Numbered from the stretch's first letter, positions 32,054 to 46,247 are shown. The stretch: DNA of 64,000 bases from an uncultured Flavobacteriaceae bacterium (GCA_963764285.1 CAVXSA010000014.1:49901-113900), one strand, 5' to 3'. Notes: generated from the letters alone by a model not told the origin. Made by a program: numbers and translations.

Positions 32054-32707
32054 TTAGTTTCCTTTATTATAATCCGACAAAAACTTTTCTAGGCCGATGT
32101 CGGTCAAAGGATGTTTTAAAAGACCCTTGATCGAGGATAGCCCTCCCGTCATCACGTCGGCACCTATCTTGGCACAGTTGATAATATGCATCGTATGCCG
32201 AATGGAGGCGGCAAGAATTTCGGTCTCATAGCCGTAGTTGTCGTAAATATGCCGAATTTCGGCAATCAGGTTCAGTCCGTCCGTCGAAACATCGTCTAAC
32301 CTTCCGATAAATGGTGACACGTAATTCGCTCCCGCCTTGGCCGCCAATAGCGCCTGTCCCGCGGAAAAAATGAGGGTACAGTTGGTGCGTATCCCGTTCT
32401 CCGAAAAATACTTCAATGCCTTTACGCCATCCTCGATCATGGGCACCTTGACCACTATCTGCTCGTGAAGCTCGGCCAGCTGCTCCCCTTCTTTGATAAT
32501 TTGAGCGAAATCGGTGGCGATGACCTCAGCGGATACGTCGCCATTGACGATTTTACAGATATCCACGTAATGCTTCAAAATATTGTTCTGACCGCTAATA
32601 CCCTCCTTCGCCATTAAGGAAGGGTTGGTGGTCACCCCGTCTAAAACCCCAAGTTCTTGGGCCTCGCGTATTTCGTCTAAATTTGCCGTGTCTATAAAAA
32701 ATTTCAT
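32054..32707 (-). CDS. fsa: Transaldolase / fructose-6-phosphate aldolase (short FSA/TalC type)
   Basis: MKFFIDTANL, GVTTNPSL, VVKVP (Schiff-base Lys), SPFIGRLDD, LAASIR. Start ATG 32707. Confidence 0.93.
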   Translation of the reverse strand: MKFFIDTANLDEIREAQELGVLDGVTTNPSLMAKEGISGQNNILKHYVDICKIVNGDVSAEVIATDFAQIIKEGEQLAELHEQIVVKVPMIEDGVKALKYFSENGIRTNCTLIFSAGQALLAAKAGANYVSPFIGRLDDVSTDGLNLIAEIRHIYDNYGYETEILAASIRHTMHIINCAKIGADVMTGGLSSIKGLLKHPLTDIGLEKFLSDYNKGN

Positions 32708-32762
32708 TTTCTGTTCTTTTAGCGGAAAGGTTAGGATGAATAGGATGTAATGGGCGGCAAAT

Positions 32763-33572
32763 CTACAACTTATAGTGATGGAGAACGAGCCTCTCATAGA
32801 GTTTGCCGGGCAGGAACTTTTTTAGGATAACTGAAAACTTTTGCATAGAATTTCCCACTTTATAATGAACTTTGGGTTTCGTCGTATTTATAATCCCATA
32901 CACTTTTTTGGCCACAGGGATGGGATCTCCCGCGGCGTTGACATCCTCGTTAATCATCTTCAATGTTTTCGCATAGGGCGCGCTGTAAGGTGATTCAGTC
33001 TGTATCGGGGTATGATAGCGGCCCGCAACGATATTGGTGGCAAAGTCCCCCGGAGCCAAGGTGGCTATCCGAATATTAACATCTTTGGTTTCCATTCGCA
33101 AAGCCTCGGTAACGACAATCAATGCCGCTTTAGTGGCGGAGTAGATTCCCCGGTAGGGCAGCCCCATGGATCCCGCTATAGAAGTGATGTTGATAATACA
33201 TCCGGAATTTTGCAGGCGCATTTGGGGAAGAACGGCCTTGGCCATATGCAAGGGACCGTTGAAATTGATATCGAAAGCTTTCTGTATTTCTTCGTGGGGA
33301 GTTTCTTCTATCGGTCCGGTAATTCCTACTCCCGCATTATTGATCAGCACATCGATACGGCCTTCTTTCTCAATAAGACCTTCCACCGCCGTCTGTATGC
33401 TTGCCGGGGCAGTAACCTCAAGTTGTAAAAGGTCGAAGACTTCAAAATTTGGGTGTTTGTTCAGGTTTCTTGTAGTACCGTAAACCTTCAGTCCCATAGA
33501 CTTCAGATAGAGTCCGATGGACTTTCCGATTCCCGAAGACCCTCCCGTTATGAGCACGACTTGATGTTGCAT
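32763..33572 (-). CDS. Short-chain dehydrogenase/reductase
   Basis: TGGSSGIG, LINNAG, ITSIAG, YSATK. Confidence 0.92.
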   Translation of the reverse strand: MQHQVVLITGGSSGIGKSIGLYLKSMGLKVYGTTRNLNKHPNFEVFDLLQLEVTAPASIQTAVEGLIEKEGRIDVLINNAGVGITGPIEETPHEEIQKAFDINFNGPLHMAKAVLPQMRLQNSGCIINITSIAGSMGLPYRGIYSATKAALIVVTEALRMETKDVNIRIATLAPGDFATNIVAGRYHTPIQTESPYSAPYAKTLKMINEDVNAAGDPIPVAKKVYGIINTTKPKVHYKVGNSMQKFSVILKKFLPGKLYERLVLHHYKL

Positions 33573-33581
33573 AACAAAAAA

Positions 33582-33677
33582 CGGCAAGCTACCTACATCG
33601 CACCGCTGCGACCGTATACCCTTGCTGCGTTCCCGCCCTGGGGGATTCTACAGGAGCTGGTCGTGTAGGACTTGCCG
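33582..33677 (-). ncRNA. ffs: Signal recognition particle RNA (small bacterial 4.5S type)
   Basis: About 96-nt rod closed by CGGCAAG/CTTGCCG with helix-8-like CCCAGGGCGGGAACGCAGCAAGGG; TATATTTG promoter at 33682-33689 and a T-run after the 3' end. Confidence 0.92.
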
Positions 33678-33938
33678 AACGCAAATATAGAATGTTTTGT
33701 GGTTTTAGCAATAGTTTTCAATAGAATTTTCCTCAAAAGTCAAGGAATATAAATGATAGGTAAGCGGTTTAGATTTATGACAAAAATTTTGCTCAGGCAC
33801 ACCCAAGCAGATTTTTGGTGGAATCTGTCCGGTAACCTTTAAAGCTTTACCCTAATACCTAAGCCATTATTCTTCGAAGTTCGCTATTTTTGTGCCTCAA
33901 AATTAAATTGTCAAGTGTCATCCATTATAATACTGATC

Positions 33939-34994
33939 ATGAATCCCTTAAAATTCTTTTTCTGCAGTGCATTGTTAAGCCTTTTTATGGCCTGTGGTGG
34001 CGACAATTCCCCTGCTTCCCTTTTTGAAATAAAATTGGCATCCGGACAGCAGCAATTTCAACAGAACCAGAGCATTGCCATCCATCTTGAGAATAAAAAA
34101 CAGAAGTCCATCTCCAACGTCACCTACTCCATCGATGGAAAGCAGCTTCCTGTAAACGACGGGAAAATCACTTTGAATATGCCCCATTTGGGCGATAAAA
34201 CTATTACGGCCCAGGTCGAATACGATGATACGTCGGCAGAGGTGAGTAAACAATTTAAGTTGCTGGCCGCTAAGGCGCCGGAAATATATACCTACGAAAT
34301 CATTAATGAATATCCCCATGATAATAGGGCATACACACAGGGCCTAGAATTCCACAATGACACGCTCTACGAAAGCACCGGGAAAAAAGGCCGATCGTCC
34401 TTGCGCAAAACGGACTTCAAAACCGGAAAGGTATTGCAGCAAGTCGATCTTGACGATATTTATTTCGGGGAAGGGATAACCATAATAAAGAATAACATCT
34501 ACATGCTGACATGGCGAAGCAAGACCGGGTTTGTTTATGATTTGAAAACCCTTGAAAAAACGGGCAGCTTTCAATACGGTCAGAGCAAGGAAGGGTGGGG
34601 ACTTACCAACGACGGCCAAAAAATCTATAAGAGCGACGGTACCGAAAAAATCTGGATATTGAATCCGGAAACCTTAGCCGAGGTCGATTTTATCGAGACG
34701 GTCACCAATAAATCCATTAACGACAGCGCCAATGAACTTGAATATGTCGATGGAAAAATATACGCCAACGTATATCAAAAATCCGGGGTGATGATCATCG
34801 ATGCGAAGAGCGGTGCCATCGAGGGCGTAGTCAATTTCGGGGGACTTAGCGATAAGGTCACCCATCACGACAGCTGGAACGATCAGGACAATGTGCTAAA
34901 TGGCATCGCTTACCACCCCGAACGCAAGACCTTTTTTGTAACAGGAAAAGATTGGGACAAGATGTTCGAGGTACAGATCAAGAAAAAGGAATGA
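33939..34994 (+). CDS. Glutaminyl-peptide cyclotransferase (type I QC) lipoprotein
   Basis: Lipobox FMA-C; YPHDNRAYTQGL, FGEGIT, EGWGLT, SDGT, NELEY, VLNGIAY, VTGKDW. Confidence 0.93.
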   Translation: MNPLKFFFCSALLSLFMACGGDNSPASLFEIKLASGQQQFQQNQSIAIHLENKKQKSISNVTYSIDGKQLPVNDGKITLNMPHLGDKTITAQVEYDDTSAEVSKQFKLLAAKAPEIYTYEIINEYPHDNRAYTQGLEFHNDTLYESTGKKGRSSLRKTDFKTGKVLQQVDLDDIYFGEGITIIKNNIYMLTWRSKTGFVYDLKTLEKTGSFQYGQSKEGWGLTNDGQKIYKSDGTEKIWILNPETLAEVDFIETVTNKSINDSANELEYVDGKIYANVYQKSGVMIIDAKSGAIEGVVNFGGLSDKVTHHDSWNDQDNVLNGIAYHPERKTFFVTGKDWDKMFEVQIKKKE

Positions 34995-35383
34995 GCAACG
35001 CATACGAAAGGTCCATTGTGGTCAAAGAAGACGACCTCGATGAACTAAACCACGTAAACAATGTCCGTTATGTGCAGTGGATACAGGATATCGCAAAGGA
35101 ACATTGGATGGCATCGGCTTCCGAAGCTCTGCGCGGAGGGCTCATCTGGGTCGTCATGCACCACGATATAACTTATAAAAATTCCGCACAGCTACATGAC
35201 GTAATCAAGGTTCGCACCCACATTGAAAAAACCCGGGGGGCAGTTTCTGTCCGCATAGTAGAAATGCACGATAGCAAGACCAAAGTCCTCTTGGTCCGTT
35301 CACGTACCGAATGGTGCCTGTTGAACGAAGAAACGTTCAAACCCATGCGGATTTCCGATCAAATAAAGCAAATTTTCGAATAG
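34991..35383 (+). CDS. Acyl-CoA thioesterase (4HBT/YbgC hot-dog fold)
   Basis: DLDELNHVNNVRYVQW motif. Confidence 0.88.
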   Translation: MSNAYERSIVVKEDDLDELNHVNNVRYVQWIQDIAKEHWMASASEALRGGLIWVVMHHDITYKNSAQLHDVIKVRTHIEKTRGAVSVRIVEMHDSKTKVLLVRSRTEWCLLNEETFKPMRISDQIKQIFE

Positions 35384-35486
35384 TTCTTGGTTCAAGGTGC
35401 CGGCGGCAACTACAGGGGCCAAAGTCATAGAGGATTACCCAACCTTTTACAAGAACCAAGTAGCGACTAAACTTTAAATTAAAGCC

Positions 35487-36161
35487 ATGCGCATCGATAT
35501 CATTACCGTGCTTCCCGAGTTATTGAAAAGTCCCTTTGAAGCTTCCATAATGAAAAGGGCCGTTGAGAAGGGTTTGGTAGAAGTGCACATGCACAACCTT
35601 AGGGACTATACCGATAAAAGCTATAACCAAGTAGATGACTATCAGTTCGGCGGCGGAGCGGGCATGGTACTGATGATCGAACCTATCGATAAATGTATAT
35701 CTGCCCTCAAAGCGGAACGGGACTACGATGAAATCATCTACATGACACCCGATGGAAATACGCTAAACCAAAAAATGGCCAACGGCATTTCTTTGTTAAA
35801 AAGTATCATTATTCTTTGCGGCCACTACAAGGGTGTCGATCATAGGGTGAGGGAGGCATTTATAACCCAGGAAATTTCAGTGGGCGACTACGTACTTTCC
35901 GGTGGCGAACTAGGTGCGGCAATCCTCTGTGACGCCGTCATCCGGTTAATTCCAGGGGTACTCAACAACGAGACCTCGGCTTTGACCGATACGTTTCAGG
36001 ACAACCTTTTGGCCCCCCCGGTCTATACCCGGCCTTCGGAATACAAAGGGATGAAAGTGCCCGAGATCTTATTGAGCGGAAATTTTCCGAAAATCGAGCA
36101 ATGGCGAGAAATGGAAGCACAAAAGCGAACGAAACGGCTAAGGCCTGATCTACTGGAGTGA
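35487..36161 (+). CDS. trmD: tRNA (guanine-N1)-methyltransferase
   Basis: [37 protein letters not shown]; adjacent to rplS. Confidence 0.98.
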   Translation: MRIDIITVLPELLKSPFEASIMKRAVEKGLVEVHMHNLRDYTDKSYNQVDDYQFGGGAGMVLMIEPIDKCISALKAERDYDEIIYMTPDGNTLNQKMANGISLLKSIIILCGHYKGVDHRVREAFITQEISVGDYVLSGGELGAAILCDAVIRLIPGVLNNETSALTDTFQDNLLAPPVYTRPSEYKGMKVPEILLSGNFPKIEQWREMEAQKRTKRLRPDLLE

Positions 36162-36319
36162 AGAATAGCATCTTGAAATGCCCCTCTTCTAAAAATCCGA
36201 TCAAAAATCTGGAAAAAGTATTGCCGGTTATCATTTATCGCCTATTTTTGCACCCTGTTAAATCAACCTCTGACGAAAATCGTGAATGTTGGTAGCTACA
36301 CACACCATAAATTAATATC

Positions 36320-36670
36320 ATGGACTCATTGATAAAATTCGTAGAGGACGAATTTGTACCTAGAAAGGAATTTCCGAAATTTTCGGCTGGGGATACGATA
36401 ACCGTTTACTACGAAATCAAGGAAGGCGAAAAGACACGTACCCAGTTTTTTAAAGGGGTTGTAATACAACGAAGGGGGAGTGGATCTACCGAAACATTTA
36501 CCATTCGCAAAATGTCTGGAACAGTTGGGGTCGAACGTATTTTTCCCATTAACCTGCCGGCTTTGCAAAAAGTGGAAATCAACAAAAAGGGTAAGGTGCG
36601 CAGAGCACGGATTTTTTACTTTCGGGGTCTTACCGGAAAAAAAGCCCGTATCAAGGAGGTGCGTTCATAA
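36320..36670 (+). CDS. rplS: 50S ribosomal protein L19
   Basis: FSAGDTITV, TFTIRKMSGTVGVERIFP, GKVRRARIFYFR. Confidence 0.98.
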   Translation: MDSLIKFVEDEFVPRKEFPKFSAGDTITVYYEIKEGEKTRTQFFKGVVIQRRGSGSTETFTIRKMSGTVGVERIFPINLPALQKVEINKKGKVRRARIFYFRGLTGKKARIKEVRS

Positions 36671-36694
36671 CGCGCTTCAAAAAAGCTATAGACG

Positions 36695-36726
36695 ACCCGT
36701 TGGAACAGCTGTTCCAACGGGTTTTC
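36695..36726 (+). terminator. rplS terminator
   Basis: Perfect 28-bp palindrome ACCCGTTGGAACAGCTGTTCCAACGGGT followed by TTTCT. Confidence 0.8.
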
Positions 36727-37307
36727 TGGTTATGAACAATTGTTAATTACTAATGTTCATTAGTTGTTAGCTGTAAAAACTGTTAAATATTTTGCTTTCT
36801 GACAAAGCTTACAGTATATTTAAGGTATGATTTAGAACGAGGCCCGTCTAAGGTCGCATTCAAAATCATTATAAAGTTTACGTTCTTTATATCGTTGTTT
36901 AGTTTTTAAAAGGGATGGATAGGATTTATCTGATCTAAACCTCGAAGAAAACCAGTATAGTGCCGAAAGGCTGTCGCTTTTTGGAAAAAGACTATATAGA
37001 TGTATTTGTTCGTACAAGTCGAACTTGGTTTGACCGACGGAAACAAGCACATTAAAACAAAGAGAAGAAACATCATTGAGTCCTTTGGATTTAATACGTA
37101 AAGGACATCGATGTTTCAAACGTTTGGAAGAGTGATGCGAATGCGATCAAGGATCGCCGATCCGTTGAATAAATGGGGAAGTAAGTTTGCTAACTCATTC
37201 CTAAAAAGCCATATCAATGTATTTATACAATGATATGGCTTTTGTCATTACACCACTTCCCGACCGGTTTGGGGACATGGATAAAATCGTATATTTGCAC
37301 CGCTTAA

Positions 37308-39546
<2,239 letters not shown>

Positions 39547-39678
39547 TAGGGAAGAAATCTTTATCCGAGGGCGAAAATCCGTATTTAAAATAATTGTAAA
39601 GCTTACGGAATTGGCCTAATTTCCGTCTAGCTTTACAACTCCCCCTGTTGGCTTATAAAATCGCCTTTGATGAAGCTT

Positions 39679-42072
39679 ATGAAGAAGGTCTTTCTTATTA
39701 TTTTCCTACTCAACGGCCCGCTTGCCTTTCCCCAACAAAAATATACCATCAGCGGCACTATTTCCGAAGCGTCCAGCAACGAGACCCTGATCGGTGTGAC
39801 CGTGGCCGTTCCGGAACTTAATACTGGAGTCACTTCGAACGAATACGGGTTTTATTCCATTACGCTTCCCGAAGGCGATTACCAGTTACAGGTCAGCTAT
39901 CTCGGCTTTCAAGATGTGATTCAGGGCATCGCGCTCTCTCAAAATCTAAAGCTCAACATCGAAATGCAAGAAGAGGCCGAGGAGCTCCAAGAGGTCGTGG
40001 TGACCAAGGATGTGGAGAAGGTGGATATCCGCAAGCCCCAGATGAGCGTCAATGCCCTATCCGTACGGAACCATTAAGAAGATTCCCGTTATTTTAGGGG
40101 AAGCCGATGTCATCAAATCCATCTTACTTCTACCAGGGGTAACTAACGCCGGCGAAGGAGCTTCCGGTTTCAACGTACGCGGCGGTGCGGTGGATCAGAA
40201 CTTGATTCTATTGGACGAGGCCATTATTTTCAATTCCTCGCATCTGTTCGGATTTTTCTCTGTCTTTAATCCCGATGCCATTAAGGATATTAAACTGTAC
40301 AAAGGGGGGAATTCCCGCCCGATATGGCGGCCGTGTTTCCTCGGTACTCGATATCTTTCAAAAAGAGGGAAACAGTAATGAATTCAAGGTCAATGGAGGT
40401 ATCGGGTTGGTAGCGAGTCGGCTATTGGCGGAAGGGCCTATTGTAAAGAACAAAGCGGCGTTTCTGGTCGGAGGACGCTCTTCGTACGCCCATTTGTTTC
40501 TGCCGCTGTTCGATGTCAGTAACAAGGCCTATTTTTACGACCTGAATACCAAAATAAATTACAACATCAACGACCGGAATAGTGTTTTTCTCTCCGGGTA
40601 TTTCGGCAGGGACGTTTTTAGCATCAGCGATAGTTTTGTCAATACCTATGGAAATGCCGTTGGCAACTTCCGCTGGAACCACTTGTTCTCCGAGAAACTG
40701 TTCTCCAATCTTTCGCTAATCTACTCGGATTATTATTACGGGCTTAAACTAGATTTCGTAGGGTTCAACTGGAACTCCGGTATCCAAAACTTCAACGTCA
40801 AATACGACCTGAAGCACTATGTCACCGATAAGTTACAGATCAACTATGGTTTTAACGATATCTATTATAGGTTCAATCCCGGTAAAATCGAGCCCAGTAG
40901 TAAAGATTCGGGAATCGTCGAAGAGCAGTTGACGCAAAAATATGCCAATGAATTTGCGGCCTATATCGATGTGGAACAAGACATCACGTCTAGGCTAAGC
41001 TTCAATTACGGTCTCCGTTTCAGCAACTTTATCCGGCTAGGGCAAGATGATCTTAATGTGTACGAGAATGATAATCCCGTAGATTACGATCCGGCTTTAT
41101 CGATATATTCGGAAGCGGATCCCACGCAGACCATCCACCCGGGCAGGGGCAGCAGCCTAGCGACTTTCAATAATCTCGAACCTCGAATTTCCATGGCCTA
41201 TACCCTAAACGACAACAATTCCTTCAAAGCGAGTTATACCCGCTTGGCTCAGTACCTGCACCTATTGTCCAATACCAGCTCCCCCACGCCCCTTGATGTC
41301 TGGACCCCAAGCGGCCCTTTTGTCCAACCACAGCTGTTGGACCAATATGCCCTAGGGTATTTCAAAAATATAAAGGAGAGCGGTTATTCCTTGGAAACCG
41401 AAGTTTTCTACAAAGACATTCAAAACCGTATCGATTATATCGACGGGGCCAACCTGATCGCCAACGATGCCATTGAGACCGTAATTCTCAAGGGCCAGGC
41501 CAGGGCCTATGGTCTTGAGCTGCTACTTCGCAAAAACGAGGGCAAATTCCAGGGTTGGATTCGCCTATACACTCTCCAAATCCGAGCAGCGTACTCCCGG
41601 CAGGACGGCTACTGACGAAAATGGCATAACCTATAGTGAAACGGGAATCAACTTTGGGCAATGGTACAACACCCCGTACGACAAGACTCATGAGATAGCA
41701 CTCTACGGTAGTTACGACCTTAGCAAAAAATGGAGTTTTAATACCAATTTTGTGTACCAAACGGGTCAGCCGACCAATTACCCCATCGGGCAGTTCGAGT
41801 TTCAGGACCTGACCGTGCCCTATTACGGCCTTCGCAACAAACAACGTCTCCCCAGCTATAACCGTCTTGACGTATCGGCGACCCTGACCCCAAAAAAGAA
41901 CACCGGTAGAAAATGGAAGGGCGAATGGGTATTCAGCATCTACAATCTGTACAACCGTAAAAATGCTGCATCAATCAGTTTTAGCCGCAATAATGATACG
42001 GGAGTCAACGAGGCCGTACGTACCTCTATTTTCGGAATGGTGCCGGCGGTGACCTATAATTTTAATTTTTAA
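39679..42072 (+). CDS. TonB-dependent receptor; 3 frameshifts (near 40066, 40305, 41560)
   Basis: Carboxypeptidase-like N-domain (SNEYGFYSITLP), plug (GEADVIK..PGV..GFNVRGG..DQNLILLD), barrel ending YNFNF. Confidence 0.9.
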
Positions 42073-42076
42073 GGCC

Positions 42077-42935
42077 ATGAAGCGATACTTACTTTTAGGA
42101 ATGGTCCTACTGGTTCTTTCGGGATGTGAAGACGTGATAGAAGTCGATGCCCCTTCCGAGCCTCCTCGACTGAGCGTGGACGCTCTTATACGTATCGACG
42201 AAGAAGCCCCGATAACGGATGTGGTGGTCAAGTGTGGGTCTTACCAGCTCATTCTTTGGCAACACCGTAGCGGCCGAATTGGATAAAATAACTATTCAGA
42301 ACATAGATTACGAAAGCAGCGGACCTTTGGATTCGAATACTGTAGTGCTTACGGAAGCTGCGCCGGGCCGGTATGAAGCTTCGAGAAATACCGGATTTTT
42401 TACCAAGGGCGTGCTCGAACTGGCTTTTACCTATAAAAACCAGCGATATCTCGCTTCCACACAATACGTACCCGTAGTGCCCATTGACACCTTGAAACAG
42501 GGCGAAGGCAATCTGTTCACCGGCGATGAGACCGAGGTAGTTGTTTCCTTCACCGATGAGGGCGATAGAAATGATTTTTATTTATTCGATTTTGATTTTG
42601 GCGAGTATCTTCTCACAGAGGACGAATTCTACCAGGGACAGGCTTTTGAGTTTTCTTATTTCTATGACGATGAGGTCCAACCGGGTCGAGAAATCAATAT
42701 TGCTATTCTGGGGGTCGACGAGCCTTTTTACAATTATATGAACCAATTGACAGTGCAGGCCGGCGGCGACCAAGGTCCTTTTCAGACTCCCGCGGCAACG
42801 GTCCGCGGCAATATCATCAACGTAACCGACATCGATGGGACAGCCAGTTTCGGCAATTTCGACGATCGCAATAATTTTGCCCTCGGCTATTTTGCGGTCT
42901 GCCAAGTGTTTAGCAAATCCATTGTCATCGAATAA
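42077..42935 (+). CDS. DUF4249-type lipoprotein partner of the TBDR; frameshift near 42232
   Basis: LSG-CEDVIEVD lipobox; FTDEGDRNDFYLF, GPFQTPAATVRGNI, FALGYF. Confidence 0.8.
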
Positions 42936-43059
42936 TATTTCTGAATAAGGATTTTAGGAGTGTTGGCAGATATTTGTTCTTGAACCTATGCTTGTCCTTG
43001 AGCTTGCGTTTATATTAGGTATCTTTGCGTTTTCCGCTAAAAACCAAACTAGAAAAACT

Positions 43060-44402
43060 ATGCCCTGGAATTCATTGAACGCCATTTCCCCTATCGATGG
43101 GCGGTATCGTAAGAAGACGGAAGCCCTTGCCCCTTTTTTCTCCGAGGAAGCCCTTATCAAATACCGGGTGCGGGTCGAAATCGAGTACTTTATCGCGCTC
43201 TGTGAAATCCCCCTTCCGCAGCTTGCCGATTTTGATACTTCCCGATTCGACGCCTTACGCAAGGTTTATCAGGATTTCGACACCGAGGATGCCAAGAAAA
43301 TAAAGGAAATAGAAAGGACCACCAATCATGATGTAAAAGCGGTGGAATATTTTATCAAAATGGCATTTGACGGATTGGGATTCCAAAAGTACAAGGAATT
43401 TATCCATTTCGGACTGACCTCCCAAGACATCAACAACACGGCCGTTCCTCTTTCCCTGAAAGAGGCGATGAACTCCGTCTATGTTCCGATGTACCATGAA
43501 ATCCGGCTCAAATTAAAGAAATTGGCCACCGAATGGAAAGACATCCCCATGCTGGCCCGGACGCACGGGCAACCGGCCTCCCCTACCCGTCTCGGTAAAG
43601 AAATCGACGTTTTTACCGAACGTCTTGAACAGCAGTTCGACCTTCTGAACGATATTCCCTCGCAGCCAAGTTCGGCGGGGCCACTGGCAACTACAACGCC
43701 CATAAGGTCGCCTACCCCGATATCGACTGGAGAGCCTTCGGGCAAAAATTCGTACAGGAAAAATTAGGCCTGCACCACTCCTTCCCTACCACCCAAATCG
43801 AACACTACGACCATATGGCCGCCCTTTTCGATACCCTAAAACGCATAAATACTATAGTACTGGATCTAGACCGGGATTTTTGGACCTATGTGTCCATGGA
43901 TTACTTTAAACAGAAAATCAAGAAAGGGGAAGTCGGCTCATCGGCCATGCCGCACAAGGTAAACCCTATCGATTTTGAAAATTCCGAGGGAAATCTGGGA
44001 CTTGCGAATGCCCTTTTTGAACATTTGTCCGCCAAATTGCCTATATCAAGATTGCAACGGGACCTTACCGATAGCACCGTATTACGGAATATCGGCGTAC
44101 CCTTTGCCCATACCCTGATCGCTTTCCAATCTACCCTTAAAGGACTGAACAAGCTATTGCTCAACAAGGCCAAATTCCAACAAGACCTCGATAATAATTG
44201 GGCGGTAGTTGCCGAGGCCATCCAGACGATTTTAAGGCGCGAGGGCTATCCCAATCCCTACGAGGCGTTAAAGGGACTTACGCGCACCAATACGGCTATC
44301 GATCAAAAATCAATGGCCGGTTTTATCGATACCTTAGATGTATCCGACACCATAAAAAGGGAGCTAAAAGCGATTACGCCCAGTAGTTATACTGGTATCT
44401 GA
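43060..44402 (+). CDS. purB: Adenylosuccinate lyase; frameshift near 43661
   Basis: LNAISPIDGRY, TNHDVKAVEYF, HFGLTSQDINN, ARTHGQPA, GSSAMPHKVNPIDFENSEGN; TATCTTTG promoter at 43020-43027. Confidence 0.95.
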
Positions 44403-44508
44403 ATCGGTGATTTTGCAGTTTGGAATATGGCGGGCAATGGTTTATGTCAAGTTTTCCCTATATTAGCCTTCACACAATTTGGAAGAATTTCATTCAATAT
44501 AGTACAAA

Positions 44509-45408
44509 ATGGAAGATAAATTTTCTGTAGAAGACGCGATAGGTAAACTTTGGGATAAAATGGACGGATGGTTGGATGCCATCATACTTAAACTGCCTAA
44601 CATCGCACTGGCCATCTTAATCATGGTCCTTTTTTATTTTATTGCCAGAGGGCTGCGCAATCTCTTTAGGCATACCCTTTTAAACCGAATAGCCCAGGTT
44701 TCCATACAACAAATCGTGGCCAAAACGGTTTTCGTTATTGTATTGTTGATAGGATTTTTCTTTGCCCTTAGCGTACTCGACCTGAATAAATTGCTTACCA
44801 GTATCTTGGCAGGTGCCGGTGTTCTAGGGCTTGCCATAGGCTTGGCTCTTCAAGGGACCTTGAGCAATACGGTCGGGGGGTTTCTTCTCTCGTTCATGCC
44901 CAATATCCAGATTAACGATGCTATCAAAAATGGGGACGCATCCGGAGTGGTGCAGGAAATTACGCTCCGGAATATTGTTATTAAGACCCCTGAAAACTAC
45001 ATTACCGTAATACCCAATTCGAAGTTCGTGGATGGGGCTTTTACCAACTATTCCTTGACCGATAGGGGGCGTATTACCGTTAAATGCGGTGTGGGCTACG
45101 AGAGCGATCTTCAGGCAGTTGAAGACCTTACCGTTCAGGTCATCCGAGATAATTTCGAACAAAGGAACGGTGAAGAGGTCGAATTTTTCTTTACCGAATT
45201 CGGCGACAGCTCCATCAATTTTATGGTGCGATTTTGGACGGATGTCACGGGCTTTAAACAAGAACATGCCGCCAGACACAAAGCCGTTAAGTTGATCAAG
45301 AAACATTTCGACGAGAAAGATTTCAATATTCCGTTTCCTATCCGAACCTTGGATTTTGGGAAGAACGATCTTACCGTATATACCGAGAAGCGGAACGGGA
45401 AGCAATAA
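44509..45408 (+). CDS. Small-conductance mechanosensitive channel family protein
   Basis: GLAIGLALQGTLSN TM3 motif, GVVQEITLR, IPNSK, GVGYESD, FGDSSINF, IPFP. Confidence 0.92.
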   Translation: MEDKFSVEDAIGKLWDKMDGWLDAIILKLPNIALAILIMVLFYFIARGLRNLFRHTLLNRIAQVSIQQIVAKTVFVIVLLIGFFFALSVLDLNKLLTSILAGAGVLGLAIGLALQGTLSNTVGGFLLSFMPNIQINDAIKNGDASGVVQEITLRNIVIKTPENYITVIPNSKFVDGAFTNYSLTDRGRITVKCGVGYESDLQAVEDLTVQVIRDNFEQRNGEEVEFFFTEFGDSSINFMVRFWTDVTGFKQEHAARHKAVKLIKKHFDEKDFNIPFPIRTLDFGKNDLTVYTEKRNGKQ

Positions 45409-45470
45409 AGCTCTTGATTTGTCATTTTGAGTGGAGTGAAGGCTCCAATTTCAAGAAACGTCCCCCGCTG

Positions 45471-45502
45471 AAAGTGAAGTGTTGAACTCACTTCGTACTT
45501 TT
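45471..45502. terminator. Possible bidirectional terminator between convergent mscS and DUF4252 genes
   Basis: AAAGT-GAAGTG...CACTTC-(GT)-ACTTT imperfect hairpin. Confidence 0.4.
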
Positions 45503-45523
45503 AACAGTGGAACGTTGATATTA

Positions 45524-46063
45524 CTACCCCTTGATAAAATCCCCCAATTTTGCAAGCCCTTCACCTTTATAATCCGACTTGTCTAAAGCCTGGAAAAACT
45601 GTATCATTTGGGCCGGGTTCATATCATGGCCAAGTATCCGTACCAGCATAAAACCTTTCTCATCGCTATCGCCGTAAATCACCACCTCATCGATGGCATC
45701 GTCATCGCCCAGGTACGTGATGGTGGCCCTACCGTAGCTAGTGTTCACTTTCATCAGCTCCGTGAACCTTTCCTTTTTCAGGATAGCCTTCACTTTGGCC
45801 TTTTCAGTTTGGAATTCCGTTTTGTTGGTATCCGTTTTCTTAAATGCCAGCAGATTTAGTTTGCGCAGGGACTCCAGTGCCTTGCGTTGCTCCCCTGTCA
45901 AATCGGCCTTATCCATATTCAGCAGGCTCACCGGTAGGTCCACCGCCAAAAAGTTCGGGTTTTCGGAATTATCTACATAATATTCCTGCAAACTCTGCGT
46001 CGAGGAACAGGCGCCGAAAACTAGTAAGAGCCCTACAAGGATAATTGATTTTATTGTTTTCAT
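45524..46063 (-). CDS. DUF4252-family lipoprotein
   Basis: Lipobox FGA-C; SLQEYYVD, ELMKVN, IDEVVIYG, LVRILG. Confidence 0.8.
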   Translation of the reverse strand: MKTIKSIILVGLLLVFGACSSTQSLQEYYVDNSENPNFLAVDLPVSLLNMDKADLTGEQRKALESLRKLNLLAFKKTDTNKTEFQTEKAKVKAILKKERFTELMKVNTSYGRATITYLGDDDAIDEVVIYGDSDEKGFMLVRILGHDMNPAQMIQFFQALDKSDYKGEGLAKLGDFIKG

Positions 46064-46091
46064 AATGCTATTTTCATGAGGATTGGGAAAA

Positions 46092-46173
46092 AGTGTTCAG
46101 TGTTCAGTGTTCAGTGTTCAGTGTTCAGTGTTCAGTGTTCAGTGTTCAGTGTTCAGTGTTCAGTGTTCAGTGT
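46092..46173. repeat. Perfect heptamer tandem repeat (AGTGTTC)x11 plus a partial copy
   Basis: Counted directly in the sequence. Confidence 0.97.
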
Positions 46174-46247
46174 GTTAAGTATAATTAAACTCATTAGCTT
46201 TTTCAAATTTAAATTTTACTTTAAAGATAAAGCCTTATTAACCGCCA

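Noticed and set aside
36832-37119. 95-aa minus-strand ORF between rplS and icd
   Set aside because: No recognisable motif, atypical composition, and no promoter seen.
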